A stretch of DNA of 53,683 nt. Source: a bacterium. Lineage in GTDB: Bacteria; Patescibacteriota; Saccharimonadia; Saccharimonadales; SZUA-47. Below, piece after piece: positions 30,041-40,254 of this stretch. Made by a program: the position numbers and the translations under genes. The DNA is taken from NCBI GenBank assembly GCA_030427365.1, contig JAUHWW010000003.1, positions 1-53,683 of the forward strand, read 5' to 3'. Numbering within the stretch: the first letter of the stretch is position 1; each line of letters opens with the position of its first letter. The notes under the pieces are model-generated. The model saw nothing but the letters and a program-made list of their open reading frames with translations, did not search any database and was not told the origin of the DNA.

Positions 30041-30408
30041 TATTTTTCATCCTCCAACAGAATACTTACTAACCAGTTTACCAAACCAATGATAATTCCC
30101 ACCATGATTGCCGCGCCAAAGCCATCGACTTCAAGCGGTCCATACAAATTCGCCGCCAGCATAACCATCAATGCGTTAATAACTAGCATGAAGATTCCAA
30201 GTGTAATCAGCACAGCCGGCAACGTGAGAAACACGACGAGTGGCCTGATAAAAGAGTTAAGCAGCGCGAGGATCAATCCCGAAATAATCACCGCACTAAA
30301 ACGATCACCAAAGGAAATCGTCTCATTGCCAAGCAACTCAGCCGCAATCCAGAGCCCAAAGCTACTGACAAACCAGCGAACAACAAATCTACCGCGAACA
30401 CTTTTCAT
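30040..30408 (-). CDS. DUF360 / phage holin family IV-like membrane protein
   Basis: 122 aa, 4 TM, LLNSFIRPLVVFLTLPAVLITLGIFMLVINALM matches the PF04020 core. 1-nt overlap with secG. Confidence 0.7.
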   Translation of the reverse strand: MKSVRGRFVVRWFVSSFGLWIAAELLGNETISFGDRFSAVIISGLILALLNSFIRPLVVFLTLPAVLITLGIFMLVINALMVMLAANLYGPLEVDGFGAAIMVGIIIGLVNWLVSILLEDEK

Positions 30409-30420
30409 ATACTGGTTATA

Positions 30421-31638
30421 CTATACCACTTTTGGGATGTTTTCTGAGAGGTTTTTATAACCATTTTTGGTAATCAGTATGTTGTCCTCAACGCGCATGC
30501 CGATACCCTCATTCGGCAAGTAGATACCTGGCTCGACCGTGATGACCGCTCCTTCAGGTAGCGGCTCGTCGTACACACCAGCATCATGCACGTCTAAACC
30601 AAGGTGATGCGAAAACCCATGCGGAAACGGCTTGTCTGCCATAGAACAGTTCAGTTTCTTAAGTACTTTTAGGGCATAGTTCTCGACGTCTTTTTGATAC
30701 TCGCGAATGATAACTCCCGCTTTCAGTTGAGATAATGCATAGGCCTGAATGTCGAGGCAGGCGTCCCAGAGTTCGCTTTGTCGCTTGCTTGGACTGCCAC
30801 CGATAGCCCATGTGCGACTGATATCCGCTGCGTAACCATCGACTTTTGCACCGACATCAAGTAGCACGAGATCGTTTTCCTCTAGCGGCGCATTGTTCTC
30901 TTCGTAATGGATAGTTGCGGCATTTTTACCACCGGCGATAATTGAGGTGAATGCTTCTCCGTCGGCACCGTGCTGGTAAAATTGCGCAATAAGCCAGCGT
31001 TCGAGGTCTTTTTCGGTCTTGAATGATGACAGCTTGTTCTTGCACGAAGCCAAGGCTTGGCCAGTTGCGTCGATGGCTTTCTGGATAGCAGTAATTTCCT
31101 CAGGGCGTTTCACCATACGCAGCCTCGCAATATCTTTGCGAATATCCACTAGCTCATTTTCTTTGTATCCGGCAGCCAAAATCTGCTTTTCAAGCTCAGC
31201 GCGAGCGGGGTTTGCATAGAACCCGTATGGCTCGACTTTTGATGGATATACCGGAAGTGGTGGCAGATAACCGACATTTCGCCCCTGTTTTTTGGCCTCC
31301 TTCAAAAGCCGCTTTAAATCCGCTTTAAAGCGGATTTCGCTGATGCCGCTCGCTTTTTCGATGGTTTCACGGTTAATTTCCCCATCCCACTCTTTCTGAT
31401 AGTCATTCTGATCGGGTAGGTAGAGCGCGGCTTTCCCGCTCTCACCGTCCAGCGTCAGCACCGCATCTGCAATGTTTAAACCAGTCAGATACCAAAAATT
31501 CTTATCCTGCTCAAAAGGAAACGGAATATCCGCCGACTTCTGCAGCGCGCTATTCGCGGGAATTACTATCAATGCACCAGAGAGCGACTTGCCAAGTCGC
31601 TCTCTATTTTGCATGTAGAATTTGCTTTGAAACTTCAT
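30421..31638 (-). CDS. Xaa-Pro aminopeptidase (M24B)
   Basis: Metal ligand motifs DVGAKVDGYAADISRT, HGFSHHLGLDVHD, VEPGIY and RVEDNI. TGCTATATT -10 upstream. Confidence 0.9.
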   Translation of the reverse strand: MKFQSKFYMQNRERLGKSLSGALIVIPANSALQKSADIPFPFEQDKNFWYLTGLNIADAVLTLDGESGKAALYLPDQNDYQKEWDGEINRETIEKASGISEIRFKADLKRLLKEAKKQGRNVGYLPPLPVYPSKVEPYGFYANPARAELEKQILAAGYKENELVDIRKDIARLRMVKRPEEITAIQKAIDATGQALASCKNKLSSFKTEKDLERWLIAQFYQHGADGEAFTSIIAGGKNAATIHYEENNAPLEENDLVLLDVGAKVDGYAADISRTWAIGGSPSKRQSELWDACLDIQAYALSQLKAGVIIREYQKDVENYALKVLKKLNCSMADKPFPHGFSHHLGLDVHDAGVYDEPLPEGAVITVEPGIYLPNEGIGMRVEDNILITKNGYKNLSENIPKVV

Positions 31639-31672
31639 GTTGCTTGCACTTCAATATAGCAAATCTAGTCTC

Positions 31673-32230
31673 TTACTGCGCGAGAGATGCGGCATGCTTC
31701 GGCAAAAGCGGCAATATTCTCATGCTGACTCCACCCAGACGACCGAGCTCATGACCAAGTGATGGCAGACGTGATCTCGTTACGAAACCTCCGACCGCAA
31801 TACTTCTAGCAACACCAATCATTACCCATCTCATTTCTTGATTTATACCGTCACCTATGCGGCCTCTGTCGACAGCAGTTTCGCAAAATATTTGCTCTGG
31901 CGCGACGCCGCTATCAAAAACCACCTCTATCTCATTGCAATCATTGACATCTGCGCTCGCAAGATGTTCTTCGAGCCCATTTGGCACGAGAAGCGCTACC
32001 GCGTGTGCAAACGCTCTAAATTGACGAGGGCTTTGCATCAAACCAGTCCAAAATAACTCATCCCATTCAGTGGTTAACTTTGACTGCTCTGTTAATGGGT
32101 CGAGGTGCTGCAGTCTGCTATCTCTCACTCCAATCCAGCTGATTGGCCCTTGAAAAAGCATTGCTGGATCCATTTCTAAATCATTCATTGTTTCATGTAC
32201 TCCTAAAATAGCTTCTACTGAAGCTTTCAC
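31673..32230 (-). CDS. hypothetical protein (cytosolic orphan)
   Basis: ORF open from GTG 32230. ATG 32188 is preceded by an AGGAG SD and may be the real start. Confidence 0.5.
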   Translation of the reverse strand: MKASVEAILGVHETMNDLEMDPAMLFQGPISWIGVRDSRLQHLDPLTEQSKLTTEWDELFWTGLMQSPRQFRAFAHAVALLVPNGLEEHLASADVNDCNEIEVVFDSGVAPEQIFCETAVDRGRIGDGINQEMRWVMIGVARSIAVGGFVTRSRLPSLGHELGRLGGVSMRILPLLPKHAASLAQ

Positions 32231-32352
32231 TTACTATTTCTTTAGATTCAGGAGTTAATAACGATCTACGTTGTCGTAATATGGTGCGTTCTTGCGCGCG
32301 ACTTTTCGGTAAGATAGATCGTTCATAGTAGCTATATAATATCCTAGGCTCG

Positions 32353-33873
32353 CTATTTGTCAACTTTCTTCTCAGCGCGGATGTACTGTCGGAGGATTTC
32401 GGCCTTCTTTTCACCGAGTGATTTTTCTAGCTCTCCTGCGCGGGCTTGCAGGACGCCGCGGCTTGACCCGAATTCGCGAATCAGCTTGCGCTTGGTGGCC
32501 GGCCCAATACCTGGCACGTCGTCGAGCCAGCTGGTGCGCTGACGATTCGTCTTTAACGTCGAATGATACGTGACAGCAAAGCGATGAGATTCATCACGGA
32601 TTCGCTGCAAAAGCTTGGTAATATCATCATTTTGACCGAGGCGAACTACCTGGAAATCGCCAGTCTCTTGCACGACGACATCACGAAAGCTTCGTGTAGT
32701 TTTTGATACTCGTAAGGTAACGCCTGAGCGTTCTTTGTGGATCACAATTTCTTCTTCGCGTTTCGCAAGCCCCACCATCGGCACGTCGGTGTAGCCCGCC
32801 TCATCACGCGCTTGCAGCGCGGCTGATAGTTGCCCCTTACCGCCGTCGATCAGCATGAGGCTCGGCTTGCCCCAGCTGCTGACATGCTTTGGTTTCAAGC
32901 GCCGGCTAATAACCTCGTTCATGTGGGCAAAGTCATCATTTTCATTGGCTTTGGTACGCATTTTGAACTTGCGATAACTGGCTTTGTCCGGCAATCCACT
33001 GGTGAATACCACCATGCTCGCGACTGTATCGGTGCCGCTCTGGTGGCTGATATCAAATCCCTCGATACGCTTGGGTATAGAGATAGAAAGCAGGTCTGAG
33101 AGGCCTTGAAGCCCCTTATCCTTTGAAATATCCATAAATTCTCTATCAGAAAATATAATTTGCCGCTTCAATGCCCGCATTTCATTGAGTTTATTTCGCA
33201 GAGCAGCAGCTTGCTCAAATTCGTGATTTTTTGCGGCCTTTTTCATTTCTTTTTCGATTTCAGCAGCGATTTTTACACGATTACCGCGCAGATACGACAT
33301 GAGGAGTCGCAAATTCTTGCGATATTTTTCTAGGTCAGTCTTACCGCTCCGTAGTCCCGGATCAAGCCCAATTTGTTCATACAAACGACTGCCCATGGTA
33401 GCTTGATCACGCGTCACAGCATAGGGGAAAATGCGCCGCAGCAGCCGCAAGGCTTTTTTTACCTGATACATTTCAAGATACGGCCCAAAGTACTCAGCAC
33501 CATCATCCAGCGGCCGCCGCGTAAATGTCACGGTCGGATAATCAGATTTGATATCGATGCGAACGTAGGAGAGGCTTTTATCATCACGCAGCAAGATATT
33601 GTAGCGCGGCAAATAGCGCTTTATCATTTCTGCCTCTAAAAACAGTGCGTCGACTTCAGTCTCGACTTCTATCCATTCGATATCACGGATTTCTGCGACT
33701 AACGCTTCGGTTTTCGGATCACGATTATGTGATTTCTGGAAATACTGCCGCACACGGTTACGCAGCACCGCCGCCTTGCCAATATAAATAACCTCGCCCG
33801 ATTTGTCCTTATGAAAATAAACACCCGGCGACTTCGGCAACTCTTTTAATTTGTCTTTCACGCGCTCAGTCAT
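32353..33873 (-). CDS. uvrC: excinuclease ABC subunit C (short form)
   Basis: GIY-YIG (GVYFHKD..GEVIYIGKA..LRNRV), UVR domain (EFEQAAALRNKLNEMRAL), an endonuclease domain and C-terminal HhH (VPGIGPATKRKLIREFGS). 506 aa. Confidence 0.93.
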   Translation of the reverse strand: MTERVKDKLKELPKSPGVYFHKDKSGEVIYIGKAAVLRNRVRQYFQKSHNRDPKTEALVAEIRDIEWIEVETEVDALFLEAEMIKRYLPRYNILLRDDKSLSYVRIDIKSDYPTVTFTRRPLDDGAEYFGPYLEMYQVKKALRLLRRIFPYAVTRDQATMGSRLYEQIGLDPGLRSGKTDLEKYRKNLRLLMSYLRGNRVKIAAEIEKEMKKAAKNHEFEQAAALRNKLNEMRALKRQIIFSDREFMDISKDKGLQGLSDLLSISIPKRIEGFDISHQSGTDTVASMVVFTSGLPDKASYRKFKMRTKANENDDFAHMNEVISRRLKPKHVSSWGKPSLMLIDGGKGQLSAALQARDEAGYTDVPMVGLAKREEEIVIHKERSGVTLRVSKTTRSFRDVVVQETGDFQVVRLGQNDDITKLLQRIRDESHRFAVTYHSTLKTNRQRTSWLDDVPGIGPATKRKLIREFGSSRGVLQARAGELEKSLGEKKAEILRQYIRAEKKVDK

Positions 33874-33880
33874 TACAACT

Positions 33881-33886
33881 AGTATA
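33881..33886 (-). promoter_or_regulatory. -10 box TATACT, 7 nt upstream of uvrC ATG (leaderless)
   Basis: Reverse complement of agtata. Spacer AGTTGTA, no SD. Confidence 0.4.
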
Positions 33887-33902
33887 GCGAGTGACTTACT
33901 TC

Positions 33903-34898
33903 TTAGCGAGCAGCAATTCTCTCATCAGCAAGTTCAAGCCAAGGCTGCCAAAGTCCTAGCTCTTGAAGCTTCAAACAATCTTCCGTTGTGAGACTTGGAG
34001 TGTCCGTTAGAAAAATTTCATACTCTTGCGCCAAAACTAGCTTTAGATTGTATATTGACGCCTGGGTCACAGGCCCAGCGAATCCATCAATGTCATTCGG
34101 GTCATAATACCCAAGTGCTGCCAAGACACGTTGCACTTCCTCAACACTTTCTTCATACAAACTCTGCTCAGGTTCACTAAGTGCCTGCTCTCCTGTGTAT
34201 GGGATCGGTGTGCGTAATACTGAATCGCCAGCGACACAGCTTGCATCAAGTACAAAATCACTCGGACTTTCTGCAACCTCAGGGGCTTCTTCAACCGCCG
34301 TCGTATCTTCAGAGTCTGCAGCTGTCGTCTGGCCATTCCACGATGAAAAGAATAAGCCCCCTGTCGCTGCTACTGCCAGTACAGTTTTTATCGCGTATTT
34401 TTTTCTTCTCTCGGCTTTGGGCCCATTCATCCCGAACTGATCATTAGAAATTTCATCCCTTTGTATTGTGTGGACTGCTACACCGAGCGGTGTTCTTGTT
34501 TTAACTGACTTTGAGCCATCACCATTATCCATCCAACGACCGTCTCCACTCACTGCGTCATCAATCATAGGGTTACCCCAGGTATGCACTGCTGCCCGTC
34601 CTGTTTGAATAACACCATATCCTGCGGCAACTACTTCCTGAGGCGCTCCAAGACGTATACTGATAGCTGCAGCTGCCCATCCCGCAAGTTCTGCCATTAT
34701 TCTGGTTTTTGTATCCAAGCCCATATCCACAAATGTATCCCTTTTTTGCGAAGGATCAATGATCTGCTGACCAGCATTGAGCTGACCCACTACTCGCTCA
34801 GATTCTTCTCTCGCTGCCTGTCGTGCCATGGTCGCAATAACATCGACGTCGGCAGGCTGCAAGAGCGGCTCACCCTCACGACGCGAATCATCACTCAT
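33903..34898 (-). CDS. hypothetical bitopic membrane protein with C-terminal peptidoglycan-binding-like repeat
   Basis: 331 aa. Mid-protein TM (AIKTVLAVAATGGLFFSSW). C-terminal VQRVLAALGYYDPNDIDGFAGPVTQASIYN resembles PG_binding_1. 4-nt overlap with the upstream gene. Confidence 0.6.
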   Translation of the reverse strand: MSDDSRREGEPLLQPADVDVIATMARQAAREESERVVGQLNAGQQIIDPSQKRDTFVDMGLDTKTRIMAELAGWAAAAISIRLGAPQEVVAAGYGVIQTGRAAVHTWGNPMIDDAVSGDGRWMDNGDGSKSVKTRTPLGVAVHTIQRDEISNDQFGMNGPKAERRKKYAIKTVLAVAATGGLFFSSWNGQTTAADSEDTTAVEEAPEVAESPSDFVLDASCVAGDSVLRTPIPYTGEQALSEPEQSLYEESVEEVQRVLAALGYYDPNDIDGFAGPVTQASIYNLKLVLAQEYEIFLTDTPSLTTEDCLKLQELGLWQPWLELADERIAAR

Positions 34899-36079
34899 AA
34901 TTCTGGTACTCCTGCGCTAAATAAGACTTCATACCCACTACGTCTTGGTGCACATTCTTGCGTTCCTTCATAGAACCTTTGGACATCGAGATCATACAGT
35001 GTGACAAGGCGACCTTGATTAATCATCCATTTTGCCTGAGCCGCACTATAGCCATGTGACGTAATAACGCGCTCCAAAAATGTCGTTGGAACCTCACCAG
35101 CGTTCACAGTATAAAACTGCCCCATGTTATCTCGGCAGCTTGTGCTCGATCCACCCGTTCCACCAGTGGTTGTGCGATTTGTCGACCCAGATTGCGGGCT
35201 TAAGTAGACTGGTGTCACTCCAGTGATTATGGAATCGAGATCTTCGATGTGCGAATTGTAAGAAATGAGCGTCGCAACCGGGATATTAAGAACTTCTGAA
35301 CAGTTCGCAAACACCTCAGATGCTGTCCACCCGCGCTCAAAATACACCACTCCAGCCTGGCAGTCTAAACGCACATATGGATTTTCTGGCAAAGTTTCAG
35401 CCGGTGGTTCAACAGCGACCTCAACTGCTGTCGTCGGTGGCGGTGCAGTGGTTGTTGGCGACGTTGTTGTAGTTGTCTCCTGCTCTTCTGGCTGCGAGCT
35501 AGGGGGAACTGTTTCAGGAACCGTTGTAGGAGGAACCGTGGTTGGATTCGTCGTTGGAGCAGCAGACGTCGGGACAGCACTATCGACAACAGTCTGCACT
35601 GGTTCGATAGGTACTACTACATCAACTGGCTCAACGGTACCAAAAAGCGGTGTGTCCAGGTCTTCTTCTGCACTTACTGTATTTGCTGGTTCAACAGCAA
35701 TTTCCTGAGCTGGTGCGTCAGGTGAAAGGTCGGCAGGAGAAATAGTTTGCTGCGACGGCTCAATGCTTGAGTCGCTGCCATACGAGCGGATACCTGCTAC
35801 ACCGACAACTGCCAGCATACAAAGTGCTGCTCCTTTCGCTTTCTTCGATCGGTACCATTTAACTTTATTTTCGAGTTTCACGCCAGAAAATAACGGCGGT
35901 GCAGCACCCTCTTCAGCAGAAGGTGCAGACTGCACTACTGGTTGATCTTGGACTGTCTGATGTGGTTGAGAAGCAGACCCGTCCGTTTCCCCTCGATAAT
36001 CTCTGCCATCAAGTGTATGCGCAATGCGATCTAGCATTTGCGTGACGGTTGAATCATTCGGATCATGCTCAGGCGTCAT
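34895..36079 (-). CDS. hypothetical membrane-anchored protein with Thr/Pro-rich linker and LysM-like C-terminal repeats
   Basis: 394 aa. TM (AALCMLAVVGVAGI), a PTT/TTP low-complexity linker and two weak LysM-like segments. AAGAGG SD and TGATATACA -10 upstream. Confidence 0.6.
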   Translation of the reverse strand: MTPEHDPNDSTVTQMLDRIAHTLDGRDYRGETDGSASQPHQTVQDQPVVQSAPSAEEGAAPPLFSGVKLENKVKWYRSKKAKGAALCMLAVVGVAGIRSYGSDSSIEPSQQTISPADLSPDAPAQEIAVEPANTVSAEEDLDTPLFGTVEPVDVVVPIEPVQTVVDSAVPTSAAPTTNPTTVPPTTVPETVPPSSQPEEQETTTTTSPTTTAPPPTTAVEVAVEPPAETLPENPYVRLDCQAGVVYFERGWTASEVFANCSEVLNIPVATLISYNSHIEDLDSIITGVTPVYLSPQSGSTNRTTTGGTGGSSTSCRDNMGQFYTVNAGEVPTTFLERVITSHGYSAAQAKWMINQGRLVTLYDLDVQRFYEGTQECAPRRSGYEVLFSAGVPEL

Positions 36080-36192
36080 AGCGCTATTACCTCTTATTTC
36101 ATCGCAGTGTATATCATTTATTTACAATTTTGAAGCTTAAGCAATTTTAGTATGTTATATTTTTACTATTATACCTGAGTGAGATAAGTATT

Positions 36193-38187
36193 GTGGAGCC
36201 ACGAGAACAGTCATTTATAGCGCGGGCATTTCGTCAGCCACTAAACAGAGCGCTCGTTCTGGCTGCTGCTGGAATGACAGTTGTGACTGGTTGCTTCGAC
36301 CTGGATCAGACATTTGAAGAAAATCCCGAAGCTGCCGAAAGGAGGGTGACGGCACTTTGCTTTGCTGACAACCCAGACTGCTCGCCATTAGATGTGTCGA
36401 GCGGCCAGGCATTAGCAGCAATCGGCACTGGGAATTCAATAGCTGTCGAAAACATACCTGAAATGTGTTTACCAGGTAAAGACGTTGAGCCGACAATGGA
36501 GAAAGACATCCCTTTTTGGTTACCTTACGCAATTATGGCAGTGGAGGATAGTCGTTTTTGCGAACATGATGGTGTTGACGTGAAAGGGCTTGTTCGTGCT
36601 TTTCTTGAGACACTCGCTGGCAATACGCAAGGCGCATCCACAATAGATATGCAGACGGTCCGCTTGCTAGCACCAGAACTCTTGGAAATACCTGATCTAC
36701 AGAGAAAATTAGCTGAGATAACAACGCTGGCTAAAGAACTCAATGAACGCTTTAGCAAAACTGAAATCATGAAAATGTATGTAAACCTTTATCCAGCGGG
36801 TCGTGGAGCCTACGGTATAGAAGCGTTTATGCGCATACACTTCGGAACAACCGCAGAACAAGCAACGCTAGACCAGTCAGCAGCATTCGCTGCAATACTG
36901 CAAAATCCTGGTAAATACGAAGGGTCGTCTGACCCTCAAGAGAATAGAGATGCCGACATTCTTCTCTATAACGAACGAAACGAAGTATTACGCGCCATGT
37001 TTGATCAAGGCTATATTGATAAACCGACACTTGATTCACATCTAAAAAAACCACTTGGCAGAATAGCCTACAGTCGTTTTAACGATACTCGAGACTTTAC
37101 CGGCGCTAAGATGGTGGGTGCTGAGTTTGTCACGCAGCAAATTATTAGTGACATTGCAGGTAAACTACCTGAGGGCGTATCTATATATGACATTAAAGCG
37201 ATCAATACAACGATTAATCGAAATGATCAGCTCGCGTTAGCTCGTGCATACAATGAGAGCCAATTCTTACTTCCTGCGAACGCTCAATTCGGCGCTGTAC
37301 TCGTCGATGAAACCGGTGCAACAGTCGCATCTATTCCTGGGCTATACGACGAAAATGGGCCAAATATCGATCTCCTGCGAGCTTACGTTAGTGGAGGCTC
37401 GCAGGATAAGCCTTACTTCGTGTTACCGTTACTGCTAAATGGCATGGGGCCATATGATATGGTGCCAGATCCAGCTTATTTTGAATGGCTTAACTTCGAT
37501 GGGCGGGGCAACAACTACACGCCAACTGAGAAAGCGAGTCGTTGCCCTGAAGACCAGTGCAGCTTGCATGAATCAATCGCTCGCTCATCGAACTGGGGGC
37601 TTCTTACCGCGCTAAAAGCATATGAAGACTTAGGAATACCCGTGCTTGCACAAGGCTACGCGATTATGGATGTGTACGGACTGCGGTTGCGTGAGCCAGC
37701 CGGACCGGCAGGCATCATAAGTGGTGAGATACCGCCTCTCAACCGCGCTCTAGGAGCGATGCAACTACATGGGCTACAAGGGCGAGTAATTCCTGAAACA
37801 AACCGTGGCAGGCTCTACAACTCGGTAGTGCTTCAAAACGGCGAAAAAATCAATTTGTTTGATTCTACTGCCGTGGGTCAACAAGTTGTGCCTCCTGAGA
37901 TCGCAAACATGGTCACCGATATGTTGGCTTCAGCAGTCGAATACGGAACGGCTCGTGGCCTGCAGTCAGTAAGCCAAAAGGTCTTTATAGTGGCTAAAAC
38001 TGGTACGCCACAAAACAACACCGCACCAGGAATCAACGGCTACTTTGAACTAAATGGTAAAAAATATGCTTTTGCAGTTGTCATGAGGGACCCAGACGGA
38101 CTATCAAACCTCGGAGGCGATGCAGACGGAGGAAAAGCGCCAACGCAGCTAGCAAGTGCCGTTGTTGAGAATTTAATAGTCGACTAA
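36193..38187 (+). CDS. class A penicillin-binding protein (GT51 transglycosylase + transpeptidase), predicted lipoprotein
   Basis: GT51 motifs EDSRFCEHDGVD and GASTIDMQ. Transpeptidase motifs SQDK (SxxK), SSN (SxN) and KTGT. N-terminal signal with lipobox VVTGC. GTG start. Confidence 0.85.
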   Translation: MEPREQSFIARAFRQPLNRALVLAAAGMTVVTGCFDLDQTFEENPEAAERRVTALCFADNPDCSPLDVSSGQALAAIGTGNSIAVENIPEMCLPGKDVEPTMEKDIPFWLPYAIMAVEDSRFCEHDGVDVKGLVRAFLETLAGNTQGASTIDMQTVRLLAPELLEIPDLQRKLAEITTLAKELNERFSKTEIMKMYVNLYPAGRGAYGIEAFMRIHFGTTAEQATLDQSAAFAAILQNPGKYEGSSDPQENRDADILLYNERNEVLRAMFDQGYIDKPTLDSHLKKPLGRIAYSRFNDTRDFTGAKMVGAEFVTQQIISDIAGKLPEGVSIYDIKAINTTINRNDQLALARAYNESQFLLPANAQFGAVLVDETGATVASIPGLYDENGPNIDLLRAYVSGGSQDKPYFVLPLLLNGMGPYDMVPDPAYFEWLNFDGRGNNYTPTEKASRCPEDQCSLHESIARSSNWGLLTALKAYEDLGIPVLAQGYAIMDVYGLRLREPAGPAGIISGEIPPLNRALGAMQLHGLQGRVIPETNRGRLYNSVVLQNGEKINLFDSTAVGQQVVPPEIANMVTDMLASAVEYGTARGLQSVSQKVFIVAKTGTPQNNTAPGINGYFELNGKKYAFAVVMRDPDGLSNLGGDADGGKAPTQLASAVVENLIVD

Positions 38188-38202
38188 TTCTCGTGTTAGC
38201 TC

Positions 38203-40218
38203 TCAAGCTTCAGGATTTTCTACTCTGTCATCTGAATAATCTGAAGATGCAAGTTCTCCTGCAATAATTTTGCCCAATACATTTTCATCACCGTCTGCAA
38301 GCGACTCAAGGATAGCGTCTAAATCAAGCACGGGGGGGCGATCATCATCACTCGTTATTGCCACACGATTCTCATCTAGCAACCTATTAAACACCGCACG
38401 AACTGCTTCATTTTGATCAACTTTAGCAGCAATCTTCTTTCCCTCTTCAACATTTTTTTGGTGCATCTTTCTGAGACGAGGGATAGGGTTAACGAATCTA
38501 CCATCCTGAGTTTCGATTTGTCTCTTTAGTCGTTCAATTTCAGCACTCATTATGTTGTGTCCGAGGTCAGTTAAATGAATTACTTTTACTTGATACACTG
38601 CGACTTTCCTGTCATGACGTTCTTTATCACTTTGCATAAACAATACATCTGTCTCAATATGTGGAGCGTTGCTACCTTTTCCAGTAGCTTCATCATAGCC
38701 GGGTACAAATGGATCGTATCCAATGATTAAGTATCCACCACTATGTACAGGTGAAACACTCCCCCCTTTAGAATTGCCACTGGACAACACCATGAATCCG
38801 CTGTTATCTTCACCGATATTTACAATAGCGTTACTACGCTCTCCTCCCACAGAATCTACAAGATCATCCAATATGGTATTTATCTTATTTCCATCGTCAT
38901 CGAACTCTTCCATTATCGGTAAAAACATAAAGCCAGAGGAATCACCGCCCTTACCCCTTACTTGATAGTCTCTTCCAAGTCTCCATCCTTTATTCTCAGC
39001 AACATCGTCCAAATCACCAATTAAATCAACACCCCAACGCTCTTCTTCGTTCAGATAACGATAGCTAGCGTATATTTCTGCATGCGACTCCCTGACTGCG
39101 TCAAGCGCTACTTCTATATAAGCAGCTTGGATTACCTTCCAGGAGTCCATTTCATTTAGAAGTAGTTGGTCGTGCAAGGGCTTTGAACTGCGCCGCTCTA
39201 CCACTGAAAAAGGACCCATCCTAGCTATAACATCCTCGCGATGCTTATTCGCGGCTTTCATAATCTTATCCATTACTTGGGAGTTAATTCCTTGGACGAA
39301 GCCAAATTGCTCCTGAAGCTGAACAAGTCGTCTCAGCAGCTTTGCTCCGACCTCAGGACCGCGAAATTCTTCAGATCTTGAGATCATCTGTACTATTGAA
39401 TTCCCTGACTCATCTCGAGCATCCTCTAGGCCCTCGATTCTCTTATCAATTGTTAGTCTGTCCCTTGTTCGCGCAAGTACTTTTTCAGCTGGCAACACAC
39501 CTACGCGCAGCAGTTGGTCATAGTCTGTAAACACATGGGTTGTGCGTACTTGAGTGTCGATCACTTCCTGGGCAGCAAGAATATTTCTATTGTAGCTGTC
39601 TAACCTTTTTTCAATCATTGAAGGTTCAGGTTCTGTAACGTGCGTATTCATGTCACTCTCTGTTAAGCTATCTAGCCATTCATTTCCGGTAGGGAAATGT
39701 GGGACATCATCACCGGTTATCACAGGCGTGCCCTCAGCATAGTCTGGGTCAAGTGTAGTTTCTCCGCTCGAATAGTCGTCATCAGTAGACGAAACGGTAT
39801 CAAACTCCTGGCTCGACGGCTCATCAAAGACTGATAATGGATCATCTTCTGGATTTGCAGGTTCACTATCTTTATTCGTAAATATAGTCATACCTGACAT
39901 GAAGTAATGAGGCATTGGAAGACCAGGAATAATTACTTCAACTTGTAGGGGTGCCTCATCTTGAGCCTCGTGTTCTCCACCATGCCCTTCGACATGTTCA
40001 GGGTCACCGCTTGGATTAGTGTCTCCTATAACCGTGCTTTCATCAGTATCTGCTGCAATACTTTGTGCAACCACTGCGGCGAGCTCATCGCTCACGTTTC
40101 CGCTTGTGTTTTGCTCGTCGTCAAGTAATGTGCCGGTATCGAAAATATCCCCGATTGGGTCTCTACGCGTAGAATCGGGAGCTTCTATTCCATCTACCCT
40201 GCCGGAATCAAGTGACAT
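38203..40218 (-). CDS. hypothetical protein H (cytosolic, acidic disordered N-terminus; last gene of the orphan operon)
   Basis: 671-aa ORF. AAAGGA SD 6 nt upstream. No TM and no Walker A. The first approx 190 aa are D/E/S/T-rich. Confidence 0.6.
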   Translation of the reverse strand: MSLDSGRVDGIEAPDSTRRDPIGDIFDTGTLLDDEQNTSGNVSDELAAVVAQSIAADTDESTVIGDTNPSGDPEHVEGHGGEHEAQDEAPLQVEVIIPGLPMPHYFMSGMTIFTNKDSEPANPEDDPLSVFDEPSSQEFDTVSSTDDDYSSGETTLDPDYAEGTPVITGDDVPHFPTGNEWLDSLTESDMNTHVTEPEPSMIEKRLDSYNRNILAAQEVIDTQVRTTHVFTDYDQLLRVGVLPAEKVLARTRDRLTIDKRIEGLEDARDESGNSIVQMISRSEEFRGPEVGAKLLRRLVQLQEQFGFVQGINSQVMDKIMKAANKHREDVIARMGPFSVVERRSSKPLHDQLLLNEMDSWKVIQAAYIEVALDAVRESHAEIYASYRYLNEEERWGVDLIGDLDDVAENKGWRLGRDYQVRGKGGDSSGFMFLPIMEEFDDDGNKINTILDDLVDSVGGERSNAIVNIGEDNSGFMVLSSGNSKGGSVSPVHSGGYLIIGYDPFVPGYDEATGKGSNAPHIETDVLFMQSDKERHDRKVAVYQVKVIHLTDLGHNIMSAEIERLKRQIETQDGRFVNPIPRLRKMHQKNVEEGKKIAAKVDQNEAVRAVFNRLLDENRVAITSDDDRPPVLDLDAILESLADGDENVLGKIIAGELASSDYSDDRVENPEA

Positions 40219-40236
40219 ACATATCCTTTCAAGACT

Positions 40237-40254
40237 AGCACTATTAATAGTACT
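40237..40254. promoter_or_regulatory. 18-bp near-perfect palindrome AGCACTATT|AATAGTACT in the AT-rich spacer upstream of gene H (operator-like)
   Basis: 17/18 positions are self-complementary. Further AATACT/AGTATT inverted repeats lie at 40270-40296. Confidence 0.4.

Noticed and set aside
30040-30408. Holin gene as evidence for a phage lysis cassette
   Set aside because: DUF360 proteins are widespread chromosomal membrane proteins. The neighbours are secG and an aminopeptidase, with no endolysin or spanin adjacent.
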